Shown piece by piece: positions 19,489 through 29,211 of a stretch of DNA of 64,000 nt. Within the stretch, counting starts at the first letter, position 1, and each line of letters opens with the position of its first letter. The notes beneath the pieces were generated by a model. The model did no database searches and had not been told where the DNA came from. It was given only the letters and a program-made list of their open reading frames with translations. Location of the stretch: NCBI GenBank assembly GCA_963745025.1, contig CAVUWD010000014.1:32001-96000 (forward strand), read 5' to 3'. The position numbers and the translations under genes are program-made. The stretch comes from an uncultured delta proteobacterium. Its GTDB lineage: Bacteria > Desulfobacterota > Binatia > JACPRU01.

Positions 19489-20705
19489 TTCTTCCGGCCC
19501 TCCAGGATCTCGATGAACCCGTCGATCCGCATCCGGGCGTCGGCCCAGCTGAATCCCTCGGGATCCGCCTGGTCGCCCTCGAAAATCAGCACGGGCAGAT
19601 CGTGTCGCGCCGTGATCAACTCGATGAGCTCCTGCTGGCCCAGGGACATGGGCCGACAGCTCCGGTTCGAGAACATGACGAGCCCGTCCACCGCGTAGTC
19701 CCGGATCGCCTCATCGAAATATTCGAACCGCTTCGCGATCGGCTTGTTGGTGAAGACGTTCGTGTACTTCTCGGCCATCGTGTGGAAGGGCCGGTGGAGA
19801 TCCAGCCGTCCCGTGCTGGTCTTGTTCCCCCAGTTCAGCGAGGTGTACGGCTCCCACACGAAGTTCGCGCCCTTCTCCTCGAAGTAGTCGATGATCTGCA
19901 AGTGGTGCCAGATCGGGATGCCGTTCCAGATCAGACGATATCGCTCGCCATCCCGCGCCGGCGTCTTGCCTTCCTTCGCGTCCTGCACGTACCGCTCATA
20001 CAGTGCCTCGTAGAAGTCGGCCGCGTCCTGCTCGCCCAGCGACGTGACCAGTGGCAGGACCTGGCCGGCGAGCGCCCGGAAGCTGATCGGGGAGGGGCGA
20101 TGCCGCCGCAGCTCCATCATCTGCTTCCAATAGTGGCCGGCACGATCGGAGTTCCCCAATGACTCGTCCAGCCGCTCCCGCTCGAGCCGGCAGGGAGTGG
20201 TGCGCTCGATGAACGTCACCATCTGCCGGATCTGGCTCTCGTAGTAGTCGATGTACTCCGGCGCACCCGGGTCGTCGGTCGACGGCATGTCCATGTAGAA
20301 CGTCGGCAGCGCGAAGTGGTCCTCGAGATAGGACCACCACGTCTGGTGCAGCGAGCACATGTTCACGTCGGTGATGGAGATGGTGGGCTGCGGAATGGGT
20401 CCGAGCGCGGTCTGGCGGGTCCAGCAGATGCCGAGCCCGCACCGCGTGTAGGAGCAGATGGTGCTGGACATCCCGCGGTCCTTCGCCTCGTCGAAGAACG
20501 GCTCCGCCTTGCCGACCCCCGCGGAGATCGCGGCCAGGCTCTCGGGGTAGATGGCGTGCACGCCCATCGCGTGCAGGACCTCGTTGGGGATGCCGGCGCT
20601 CGCCACGCAGACCGGCTGTCCGGCCTCGGCGGCCGCGATCAGCTTCCGGTGGTTCGCCCCAGCCGTCACTCGTCGCTGGATCGCCTTTAGCTCCAGTTCG
20701 GCCAT
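19485..20705 (-). CDS. 2-hydroxyacyl-CoA dehydratase / benzoyl-CoA reductase subunit (HgdA/BcrB/BzdO-like)
   Basis: PNEVLHAMG..YPE, ICSY, NMC, NRSCRP and EGDQAD..RIDGFIE. ATG 20705 preceded by GAGGGAGG. Confidence 0.85.
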   Translation of the reverse strand: MAELELKAIQRRVTAGANHRKLIAAAEAGQPVCVASAGIPNEVLHAMGVHAIYPESLAAISAGVGKAEPFFDEAKDRGMSSTICSYTRCGLGICWTRQTALGPIPQPTISITDVNMCSLHQTWWSYLEDHFALPTFYMDMPSTDDPGAPEYIDYYESQIRQMVTFIERTTPCRLERERLDESLGNSDRAGHYWKQMMELRRHRPSPISFRALAGQVLPLVTSLGEQDAADFYEALYERYVQDAKEGKTPARDGERYRLIWNGIPIWHHLQIIDYFEEKGANFVWEPYTSLNWGNKTSTGRLDLHRPFHTMAEKYTNVFTNKPIAKRFEYFDEAIRDYAVDGLVMFSNRSCRPMSLGQQELIELITARHDLPVLIFEGDQADPEGFSWADARMRIDGFIEILEGRKK

Positions 20706-21079
20706 GCGGTCCTCCCTCGAATCGACTGCGTAACCCAGGTCCGAAACAATCTTCCGCCCTTTGCCCGATCGGTCCGGAGCTCTGACGCCCGGCCGCACTC
20801 CGAACCTCGGCCGGTCAGCCGCGCACGCGGGAGTATAGCAGAAGCGACGGGCGCGCGTAGCACTTCCACACCCGGCCCGGTGGGAGGATGCGCGTGAACG
20901 ACGAGGCACCCGCGCCGAGCCGGCGACGGCGGCCTCGGTTTGCACGGGGGCGCCTCAGACGAGCCGAAGAGTCCCGCCCGCGAGCGTGGCGGTGGTGGCG
21001 GTAGCACACACCGTCGGGAGTGCCGCCGTTACCTTCCCTAGCCCGCCGCCCGGTTGCTATGCTGGCAGGATGACACATG

Positions 21080-21115
21080 GGACGCCGGCACTTCCCCATC
21101 TCTTGCCCCGCTTTG
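21080..21115 (-). repeat. 36-bp imperfect inverted repeat, copy 1 (partner at 31847-31881)
   Basis: Reverse complement CAAAGCGGGGCAAGAGATGGGGAAGTGCCGGCGTCC versus CAAAGCGGGACAGGAGATGGGGAAGTGCCG-CGTCC: two mismatches and one gap. Confidence 0.8.
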
Positions 21116-21242
21116 GCTGATCCAAACTTCGCGATCATCCACGATCGGTCCAATCCTTGTGCACCGGGGCCGGAATCAGACTTCCCCGCAAGAGGGCCGT
21201 TTCAATTCCGGAACTCGCCACGGACAACGCGCATCTACGACC

Positions 21243-22469
21243 ATGGACCGGAAGCTTCGCTGGATAGCTGCCGCGGCGCTGGCCGGCATCGTTGGCTTCG
21301 GCGTTGCCGCGGATGCCCGTGAAGGCGATGCCGCGGCCGAGACCCCCTCGCAGGTTTGCCTCACGCCCGCTGCCTGGACGGTGCCCGACGGCGAGCGGTC
21401 GCACGTCACGAGCGCCAGCGCGTTACTGACGGAGATGGCGAAACGGCAGGTCGTGTTGCTGGGCGAGGACCACGACGAGGATGACCATCACCGCTGGCAG
21501 CTACAGGCGCTTGCCGCGCTGCACGCCCGGCGGCCTGACATGGTCATCGGCTTCGAGATGTTCCCGCGCCGTGTCCAGCCGGTGCTGGACAGCTGGGTGG
21601 CCGGGGATCTCACCGTGCGGCAGTTCCTGGAGCAGTCGGAGTGGCGCAATGTCTGGGACCTTCCGGCCGACCTGTACCTGCCCCTGTTCCAGTTCGCCCG
21701 CATCAACCGCATCCCGATGGTGGCGCTCAACGTCGACGAGAAGCTCAACAAGGCCGTCGCCGCGAAAGGCTGGGATGCCATCCCGGAAAGCGAGCGTGAA
21801 GGCTTGGGCCGTCCCGCGCCGCCGTCCAAGGCCTACCGCGACTACCTTTTCGAGATCTACCGCGAGCACGCCACCGTCGGCGGAAACGATACCACGAAGG
21901 CAGAGGTGACCGACCGCGCCTTCGGCTACTTCGTCGAGGCGCAGACGACGTGGGACCGGGCCATGGCGGAGCCGTTGGCGCGGTACGCCCTTGCAGGCTC
22001 GGGCGGCGGAAAGCCACTGACGGTGGGCATCATGGGCAGCGCCCACATCCGTTTCGGCCACGGCGTGCCGCACCAGCTGCGCGTCTTGGGCGTGAAGAAC
22101 ATCGGTACGCTGCTGCCGCTCCCCTTCGACGCCGATTGCAGCAAGGATCTGCCGACCGGTCTGGCGGATGCAGTATTCGCGTTGCCCCAAGTGGCAACGG
22201 CAAAGCCCGAGCCACCGCGACTTGGCGTCCGATTGGAAGAGAGCGAGGGTGGCGTGCGAATCGTCGACGTCACGGCCGGAAGCCTGGCCGACGAGACCGG
22301 ACTCAAAGTCGGTGACCTTCTCGTGGAGGTCGCTGGCATCGAAGTGAAGCAGCTGACGCCGGTGGTTGCCGCAATCCGGCAGCAGCCTGCGGGCACCTGG
22401 CTGCCGATCCGGGTGAAACGTGGCGACGAAACGTTGGATCTGGTGGTCAAGTTCCGCGCCAAGCCATGA
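21243..22469 (+). CDS. ChaN-family (haem-binding uptake) protein with C-terminal PDZ domain
   Basis: VVLLGEDHD, IGFEMF, AQTTWDRAMAE and GIMGSAH..GHGVP. C-terminal LGVRL...GSLADETGLKVGD PDZ. Signal peptide. Confidence 0.85.
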   Translation: MDRKLRWIAAAALAGIVGFGVAADAREGDAAAETPSQVCLTPAAWTVPDGERSHVTSASALLTEMAKRQVVLLGEDHDEDDHHRWQLQALAALHARRPDMVIGFEMFPRRVQPVLDSWVAGDLTVRQFLEQSEWRNVWDLPADLYLPLFQFARINRIPMVALNVDEKLNKAVAAKGWDAIPESEREGLGRPAPPSKAYRDYLFEIYREHATVGGNDTTKAEVTDRAFGYFVEAQTTWDRAMAEPLARYALAGSGGGKPLTVGIMGSAHIRFGHGVPHQLRVLGVKNIGTLLPLPFDADCSKDLPTGLADAVFALPQVATAKPEPPRLGVRLEESEGGVRIVDVTAGSLADETGLKVGDLLVEVAGIEVKQLTPVVAAIRQQPAGTWLPIRVKRGDETLDLVVKFRAKP

Positions 22470-24514
22470 CGGTCGTGTTCGCCCGCCCGTCCCGCGTGGC
22501 GCTCCTGGCGGTCGTCACGAGCATCGCTTCGACTTCGGTCCGGGCCGCGCCGCCATTCCTCGATCTCGAGGTCGAGCTCGACCCCGGCACGCGCCACTTG
22601 AAGGTTTCGGCACTCGTCGTGCCGGAGTCGCGCGACTTCCGGTTCGCGTTGCACGAATCCCTGCAGGTAACTGCTGCCTCCGCGGACGGCAAGATGCTGC
22701 GCATCGTTTCGACGGGACGCGCGGGGGCGGTTGGCGGCTGGCAGGTGCAGGTGCCGGCAGACTCTGCCGGGCTGCGGCTGGAATATGGCGGTACGCTCCC
22801 GGTACTGGACCGAAATCTCGATGATCGCGGCGTGCTGCGGCGCCTGCCGCCGATGGCGTCGAACGAGGGTAGCTTCCTGCCGGCGGGCGGTGCCTGGTAT
22901 CCGCAGCCGGCGGCACGATTCATCTACCGTGTGAAATTGTCGGTGCCCGCCGATCAACGCGCGCTGGTGCCCGGCCGGCTCGAGTCCGAGGAAGTGCCCA
23001 CCGAGGCTTCGGGACGCTATCGTGCCCGCTTCGAATTCTCGCGGCCCGCCGAGGGCATCGACCTCATGGCCGGGCCCTGGGTCGTTCGCGAGAGGACGAT
23101 GACGCGCGCGAACGACGGGCCGGTGCGGCTGCGCACCTATTTCTTCCGCGACCTCGATGCGACGGCGGGGCTGGCTGACGGTTATCTCGAGGACACGCGC
23201 CGCTACCTCGAACGCTACGGCGGCGAGATCGGCGCCTATCCCTTCACCGAATTCTCCGTCGTCGCGAGCCCGCTCCCCACGGGCTTCGGCATGCCAACGC
23301 TCACCTACATGGGCGCTGATGTGCTGAAGCTGCCCTTCATCCGCGCCACTTCGCTCGGCCACGAGGTGCTGCACAGCTGGTGGGGCAACGGCGTCTACGT
23401 TGACTACGCGCAAGGCAACTGGTCGGAGGGACTGACCACCTTCATGGCCGATTACGCGTACAAAGAGCACGAGTCGGCGGAGGCCGCACGCGAAATGCGG
23501 CAGGGGTGGCTACGGGATTTCGCCGCGGTGCCGCCCGGCGGCCACCAGGCGTTGGCGTCCTTCCGTTCCCGCACCCATGGCGCAGCGGCTGCCGTCGGGT
23601 ACGGCAAGTCGGCCATGCTGTTCGTGATGCTCCGCGATGCCATCGGCGAGGATGCGTTTCGGCGTGGCATTCGCAGGTTCTGGGAGAACCACCGATTCCG
23701 GGCGGCTGCATGGAGCGACCTGCGCGCCCGCTTCGAGGAGGCGTCGGGCAGATCGCTGTTGCCGTTCTTCGACCAGTGGCTCAACCGGTCCGGAGGGCCC
23801 GCGGTGAAGATCGCCACGGCCAGCGCGAAAACGGAGGCGGCCAGAACCCGCCTGACCATGGCCCTCGAGCAGACCGCACCGGCCTACGCGTTGCACGTCC
23901 CGCTGGAAATCGTGTTCCCCGGCCGCACCGAGACGCGCTGGATCGATATCGAACGGCAACGGGACGTAGCGACGATAGACGTGGATGCAATGCCCGAAGG
24001 CGTGCGGCTCGATCCGGAGCTGCGCGTCTGGCGCATGCTGGACCGGGAGCAGCTGCCCCCGATCCTGCGCCAGTGGGTCATTGCTCGCGCGCCCCGGATC
24101 GTGCAGGCCTCGACCGCCGGCGACGTACGCGAGGCGGCGCTGTCGCTGGCGAAACGCTTCTTCGAGGCTCCGCCGCAGGAGGTGCCGCCAGACCAGCTGA
24201 ATCGGGGCCGCGAGCCGGTGTTGCTGATGGGCCTGCATCCGGACGTGGGCGCGGCACTGGCCCGTGCCGGTTTGCCGCGGCAGCCCGCAAATCTGGAGGG
24301 ACGCGGCAGCGCCCAGGTGTGGACCGTCGCGGGCGAGGCAAGCGCACCGGTGGCGGTGATCTCGGTGACGGACGCCGACGCGATGCGGGCGCTCCAGCGC
24401 CCCCTCCCGCATTACGGCGCGCAGAGTTGGCTGGTGTTCGAGGGCGCTCGCATGCTCGAGCGCGGCGTGTGGTCCGCGTCCGGCCGGCTGACCCCAGTGC
24501 ACAGCATTCGTTAG
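22466..24514 (+). CDS. M1 family zinc aminopeptidase-like protein
   Basis: HEVLH-x18-E (HEVLHSWWGNGVYVDYAQGNWSEG) and YGKSAMLFVMLR. ATGA overlap with ChaN. Confidence 0.88.
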   Translation: MTVVFARPSRVALLAVVTSIASTSVRAAPPFLDLEVELDPGTRHLKVSALVVPESRDFRFALHESLQVTAASADGKMLRIVSTGRAGAVGGWQVQVPADSAGLRLEYGGTLPVLDRNLDDRGVLRRLPPMASNEGSFLPAGGAWYPQPAARFIYRVKLSVPADQRALVPGRLESEEVPTEASGRYRARFEFSRPAEGIDLMAGPWVVRERTMTRANDGPVRLRTYFFRDLDATAGLADGYLEDTRRYLERYGGEIGAYPFTEFSVVASPLPTGFGMPTLTYMGADVLKLPFIRATSLGHEVLHSWWGNGVYVDYAQGNWSEGLTTFMADYAYKEHESAEAAREMRQGWLRDFAAVPPGGHQALASFRSRTHGAAAAVGYGKSAMLFVMLRDAIGEDAFRRGIRRFWENHRFRAAAWSDLRARFEEASGRSLLPFFDQWLNRSGGPAVKIATASAKTEAARTRLTMALEQTAPAYALHVPLEIVFPGRTETRWIDIERQRDVATIDVDAMPEGVRLDPELRVWRMLDREQLPPILRQWVIARAPRIVQASTAGDVREAALSLAKRFFEAPPQEVPPDQLNRGREPVLLMGLHPDVGAALARAGLPRQPANLEGRGSAQVWTVAGEASAPVAVISVTDADAMRALQRPLPHYGAQSWLVFEGARMLERGVWSASGRLTPVHSIR

Positions 24515-24777
24515 AGCGATCATTGCCAACGCCAGCATCGACTCCACACGGCTGGGATGAACGGCCGGCGAACGGCGAGCACTGGCCAAGAACGATGGGA
24601 CCTTGCACGGCCGCCTCGGCCGAATCACTCGACTGGCATGCAAGATTTCTCTGGAGTTGTTCCATCGAGTACGACCGCGTAGATCGTCGAGAACTCCATG
24701 TTCATCCGCGGCGACCCACGTGACGTCCGCGCCGCAGGCGAGTACGCTGTTCGCGTGTTGCTGTGGAGGGTTCACGC

Positions 24778-25791
24778 ATGCCTGCCAATCTCTCGCCCGA
24801 CTACAAGGCCGCGGAGGCCAACTTCCGCAAGGCGCGCGACCCGCAGGAGCGCCTCGAGTGGCTGCGGGAGATGCTGCGCGTCATTCCCAAGCACAAGGGT
24901 ACGGATCACCTGCAGGGCGACATCAAGAGCAAGATCCGGCAGTTGTCCGAGGAGCTGGAGGCGCACAGGAAAGGCGCGACGCGCGGCGGCCCCAGCATCG
25001 TCACGCACCCAGAAGGCGCCGCCCAGCTCGCGTTGATCGGCCCGCCCAACTCGGGCAAGTCTTCGCTCCACGCGAGGCTGACAGGATCGAATGCACACGT
25101 GGCGCCCTATCCCTTCACCACCCAGTTCCCCGAGCCGGGGATGATGCCGTACCAGGATATCCACTTTCAGCTCGTCGATCTGCCGGCGATCTCGCCCGAA
25201 CATCCGGTGGCGTGGATTGCCGACGCTGTGCAGACGGCAGATGGGTGCCTGCTGGTGGTCGATCTGAGCGACGCCGATTGTGTCGACCAGGTGCAGGCGC
25301 TGCACCTGGTGCTCGCAGCGCGGCATGTCACGCTGAGCGAGCACTGGGCCCCGGACGAAGAGGCTCCGGACACCGAGACAGACGTCTTCCGAGTGCGTCT
25401 GCCGACGCTGCTGGTGGACAACAAATGCGACCGGGAAACGGAGCCGGAGGAAGACCTCGAGGTATTTCGCGAGTTGACCGGGTTGCGTTATCCCGCGCTG
25501 GCCGTATCGGCCGTCACCGGACACGGCCTCGGCGAGCTGGGGGCCTTCCTGTTTCGCAACTTACGTATCGTGCGCGTTTATACCAAGACGCCGGGGCATG
25601 CCGTCGATCGCCAGCGCCCGTTCACGCTGCGGCAGGGGCAGACCATCGAGCACGTGGCGCGCCTGGTGCACAAAGATCTCCTGAACACCCTGCGCTATGC
25701 CCGCGTGTGGGGAAAGTCGGGGTTCGATGGTCAGCACGTGGGAGGCGAGCATCGCGTCGAAGATGGGGACGTGATCGAGCTTCACAGCTGA
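24778..25791 (+). CDS. OBG/DRG-like GTPase with TGS domain
   Basis: MPANL start, PKHKGTDHL, G1 GPPNSGKS, YPFTT, DLP, NKCD, and C-terminal TGS (YARVWG...DGDVIELH). Confidence 0.9.
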   Translation: MPANLSPDYKAAEANFRKARDPQERLEWLREMLRVIPKHKGTDHLQGDIKSKIRQLSEELEAHRKGATRGGPSIVTHPEGAAQLALIGPPNSGKSSLHARLTGSNAHVAPYPFTTQFPEPGMMPYQDIHFQLVDLPAISPEHPVAWIADAVQTADGCLLVVDLSDADCVDQVQALHLVLAARHVTLSEHWAPDEEAPDTETDVFRVRLPTLLVDNKCDRETEPEEDLEVFRELTGLRYPALAVSAVTGHGLGELGAFLFRNLRIVRVYTKTPGHAVDRQRPFTLRQGQTIEHVARLVHKDLLNTLRYARVWGKSGFDGQHVGGEHRVEDGDVIELHS

Positions 25792-25839
25792 GCGAATGAG
25801 GCGCACACGCGGCCGCTCTATTCCTTGCATGCCCGCTGC

Positions 25840-26055
25840 GCGGGAGTTTCTGAGGGCGTGGTTCTGATGACCGGCGGTTGGAAGACGCGGCCGATCTTCG
25901 AGCGCTACAACATCAAGAGCGAAGACAAACTGCGCGACGCCGCTGCCGCGGTTGCCGTTTGCGCCCTTGGGAAAGAATCGAGAAAACAGCTCGCACGAAA
26001 CCCATCGGGAAGACTTGGAGGTCTCGCGATACACCGTGACTTCCAGTTTTTTTGA
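25840..26055 (+). pseudogene. Tyrosine integrase C-terminal remnant
   Basis: AGVSEGVVLMTGGWKTRPIFERYNIKSEDKLRDAA resembles the box II/catalytic-Tyr end of phage integrases. No N-terminal part; its stop lies inside the att repeat. Confidence 0.75.
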
Positions 26056-26108
26056 GTGCCGGAAGGGGGACTCGAACCCCCACGGCCTTGCGACCACCGG
26101 ATTTTGAG
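26053..26108 (-). repeat. att site: duplicated 3' half of tRNA-Leu(CAA)
   Basis: TGAGTGCCGGAAGGGGGACTCGAACCCCCACGGCCTTGCGACCACCGGATTTTGAG matches 31398-31454 except one fewer G. Identity ends in the anticodon loop. Confidence 0.93.
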
Positions 26109-26714
26109 ATCTGGATAATATCGAGCAGTACGGTCAAATCCGAAGGAACTCAAGGCCCTTGGCGGGTTCGAGCCGTAGCCGTCCGTACCTGCCCAGCACG
26201 GAAATGGGTCGGAAATGGGTCTGTCTAATCGCGCGGCGCTGAGTCCCGCGAGCCTTCCTCGAAGCTGCAAATGGCGGTGCGCTCGGGCCCCCTGGGAAAC
26301 CCCTACGGGGTGCGCCACCCGCGGGTACGCTGCCGTACTGTGCCGTCGCCCTGTTGGGCAGAGGTTGGGCGCGCCCTCGTGCGTCTTGACAACACTCTCG
26401 GCGCGGGCAAACGTCTTCACTGATGAGCTGAAGAGGTCCGTCGTCGGCGCTGTTCCAGCGGATCGAAGGAGATGGAAGGGTCTCGAGGATAAAAAGAATT
26501 ACTTCAAGTTGCAACAGGCGGTTCGTGTCCACTGTGCCGCATCCGGCATTGGCGAACATGTCACGTGGGCCCCACCGAAGACGCAGCCAGCATGCACAGC
26601 CGACGGCCTGCTCTACGAACGCGAGAACGGCAAGAATCGAGTGACACCGATGCAATCCCATCGCAGGTGACAGACGCCGGGGAGACCATCGTCGAAAGGG
26701 AAAGGGCGTACATC

Positions 26715-27345
26715 ATGGCAAAAGATTCCAAATCGGTAACAGCAACAAATCCCGAAGGAGCCAACGGAGAGAAGTCCCTTTCCGTGGCCGACCTGGGCAT
26801 GGGCGATGCCCGCGGCGTGGACAAGATCCGCGATCTCCTGTTCGGAAACCAGATGCAGGATTACGATCGCCGGTTCTCGATGCTCGCGGAAGGCTTCCAT
26901 CAGAAGCTGCGAGACGTGGAGTCCGAGACCGCTCGGAGCCTGAGTAGCCTAGAGGCCAACCTCAAGAAGCAGCTCGACTCGATCGCGGGCCAGGTTCGGG
27001 AAGAGAAGGATCTGCGAACCGACGCGGACAAGGAGCTCGATCACAAACCTGCGCGAGTCGAGCCAGGCGCTGGAGAAGCGCATCGGACAGCTGTCCGACC
27101 AACTCGCGTGCCTGGAGCGGGACATGAACGATCGCGTCAGCCACGATGTCCAGGGCTTGCGTGAAGAGATCAAGCGCCGGAGCGACGACGCGCGTGCCAC
27201 CCTCGATCGGATGTTCGCCGAGCTTCGCGACGTGAAAACGGACCGGAGCCTGCTTGCCGGCTTATTCGTGGAAGTCGCGCGCTGCTTGAACCAGGAGCTG
27301 CCTCCGTCGCTCGCGACCAAGAGCGGAGGCGGCGAGCGGAGCTGA
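26715..27345 (+). CDS. Coiled-coil hypothetical protein, split by a single frameshift near 27045
   Basis: GVDKIRDLLFGNQMQDYDRRF followed by heptad-rich sequence. Removing one A in CACAAACCTG joins ORF 26565-27164 to the frame ending at 27345 (...NLRESSQALEKRIGQL...DRSLLAGLFVEVA). Confidence 0.7.
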
Positions 27346-27369
27346 ACCGCGCCGCGCAGGGCGCCGGTC

Positions 27370-29211
27370 ATGTCGGATTCCCCGCCGCTTCGCAGGCCGG
27401 GTTCGGACGTCAACGGGCAGACGCCGAACCCTGATCGGCTCGCCAACCTCTTGATCGGGATCGCACGGTACGTCGATCCCGCGACCGCTCCGAGCATCCC
27501 GGCGCCGAGCGGCGATCCGAGTCTCGACGCGGTCCGGCACATCCTGCTCGACCGGGAGCTGCAAGTTCTCGCCCGGCTTCGGAGGACGCTCGACGAGCCC
27601 GAGCGCTTGGCCGCGGCCGTCGGTGACGTCCTGTCGCTGGCCGTTCAGCGGGCCGCGGCGCGCGACGGGCGGTTGGGTGAGGTGCTCACCCCGGCGGTCG
27701 AGCGCGCCGCGCAATGCTCGATCAAGAAGGACCCGCGGACGTTCATAGGCATCTTCTCTCCGCTGATGGGCGCCACCATCCGCAAGTCGATCGCGGAGGC
27801 TCTGGAGAGCACGCTCCAATCCCTCAATCAGGCGCTCAAGCACAGCCTGTCGTGGCGAGGGCTCATGTGGCGGATCGAGGCGCGTCGCGCCGGCACGACG
27901 TTCGCGGACGTGGTGCTCCGGCACACGCTCGTCTACCGCGTCGAGCACCTCTTCCTGATCCACAAGGAGAGCGGCCTCCTCATCAGCCACGTCGCGGCGG
28001 ACGACGCCGCGAGCGAGGACCCGCAGCTCGTCTCGGGAATGCTCAGCGCCATCCAGGACTTCGTCCGGGACTCTTTCGGTCGCGCCGACGCCACCGGCCT
28101 CGACACCCTGCGTCTGGGTGATCGGGTCCTGTGGTGCGAGCAAGGCGCGCTCGCTTTTCTCGCGGCCGTCATTCGCGGCACGCCGCCCGAAACGCTCCAC
28201 GTCACTCTCCGCGAGACGTTGGCGAGCATCCACGACGAGTGGCGCGCCCCACTCGCGGACTTCGCCGGCGACGATGCGGACTTCGCCGGCGTCGCCGAAC
28301 GCCTGCGGACGTCTCTGCAAGCGCAGGCGAGCGCCCCCGAAAAGCGCCTGTCGCCTCTCCTCTGGGTGCTGCCCCTGTTGTTGGTCGCCCTCGGCGGCTA
28401 CTGGCTGTACGAGCGACACGAAGCCCGGCGGCGGTTCGACCGGTACGTCGCGCAGCTCGAAGCCGAGCCTGGGATCGTCGTAACCAGCGCCGGAAGGCGC
28501 GGCGGCGTCTGGCAGGTGACCGGCATGCGGGACCCGTTGTCGCCCGACCCGACGACGCTGCTGGCCGCGGCCGACCTGGCACCGGCCGAGGTCGATGGAC
28601 ATTGGCAGCCGTATCTCGCGCTCGACCCGGCCCTAGCGCTCAAGAGGTTCCAGACGAGCCTGCAGCCGCCGCCGACCGTCTCCCTCGCGCTCGAGGATGG
28701 CACGGTACGGGCGCACGGGTCTGCGCCGCACCATTGGATCGAGCGGGCACGCGCCCTCGTTCGCACGTTGCCACCCGGATCCCCCGGGCTCGATCTGGCG
28801 AGCCTCGAGGATCCCGAGATGGCGGAATACGAGCGCGTACGCAGCGCCGTCCAATCCCACGTGATCTACTTCGATCACAACGTCCCGAAGCCGGCGAGCG
28901 GCCAGGAGGCCGAGATCGACGCTCTGGCTGGCGAGCTGCTCGAGCTCGAGCGGGTGGTGCGCGAGATGCGCGTCTCCGCGCGCGTGACGATTGCAGGCCA
29001 TGCCGATTCCACGGGCAAGGACACGCCGAACCTCGCCCTCAGCATGGGGCGAGCGGAGGTCGTTCGCTCCATGCTGAGGGCGCGTGGCGTCGATCCCGAC
29101 CTGTTGGCGGTCCGGGGCGCGGGGCCGCTCGAGCCCTTGAAGCCAGAGACGACCGAAGAGGATCGTTCCATCAATCGACGCGTGTCGTTCACCGTCGGCA
29201 TCGGAGAGTGA
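27370..29211 (+). CDS. Single-pass membrane protein with C-terminal OmpA-like peptidoglycan-binding domain
   Basis: TM helix LLWVLPLLLVALGGYWLY, then IAGHADSTG...NLALSMGRAEVV...NRRVSF. Large N-terminal cytoplasmic region. Confidence 0.88.
   Translation: MSDSPPLRRPGSDVNGQTPNPDRLANLLIGIARYVDPATAPSIPAPSGDPSLDAVRHILLDRELQVLARLRRTLDEPERLAAAVGDVLSLAVQRAAARDGRLGEVLTPAVERAAQCSIKKDPRTFIGIFSPLMGATIRKSIAEALESTLQSLNQALKHSLSWRGLMWRIEARRAGTTFADVVLRHTLVYRVEHLFLIHKESGLLISHVAADDAASEDPQLVSGMLSAIQDFVRDSFGRADATGLDTLRLGDRVLWCEQGALAFLAAVIRGTPPETLHVTLRETLASIHDEWRAPLADFAGDDADFAGVAERLRTSLQAQASAPEKRLSPLLWVLPLLLVALGGYWLYERHEARRRFDRYVAQLEAEPGIVVTSAGRRGGVWQVTGMRDPLSPDPTTLLAAADLAPAEVDGHWQPYLALDPALALKRFQTSLQPPPTVSLALEDGTVRAHGSAPHHWIERARALVRTLPPGSPGLDLASLEDPEMAEYERVRSAVQSHVIYFDHNVPKPASGQEAEIDALAGELLELERVVREMRVSARVTIAGHADSTGKDTPNLALSMGRAEVVRSMLRARGVDPDLLAVRGAGPLEPLKPETTEEDRSINRRVSFTVGIGE

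Noticed and set aside
26053-26108. Second tRNA-Leu gene
   Set aside because: It lacks the 5' acceptor strand and D arm. It is an att duplication.
26134-26670. ORFs in the left end of the island
   Set aside because: No recognisable motif or RBS. Likely att-arm region plus eroded sequence.
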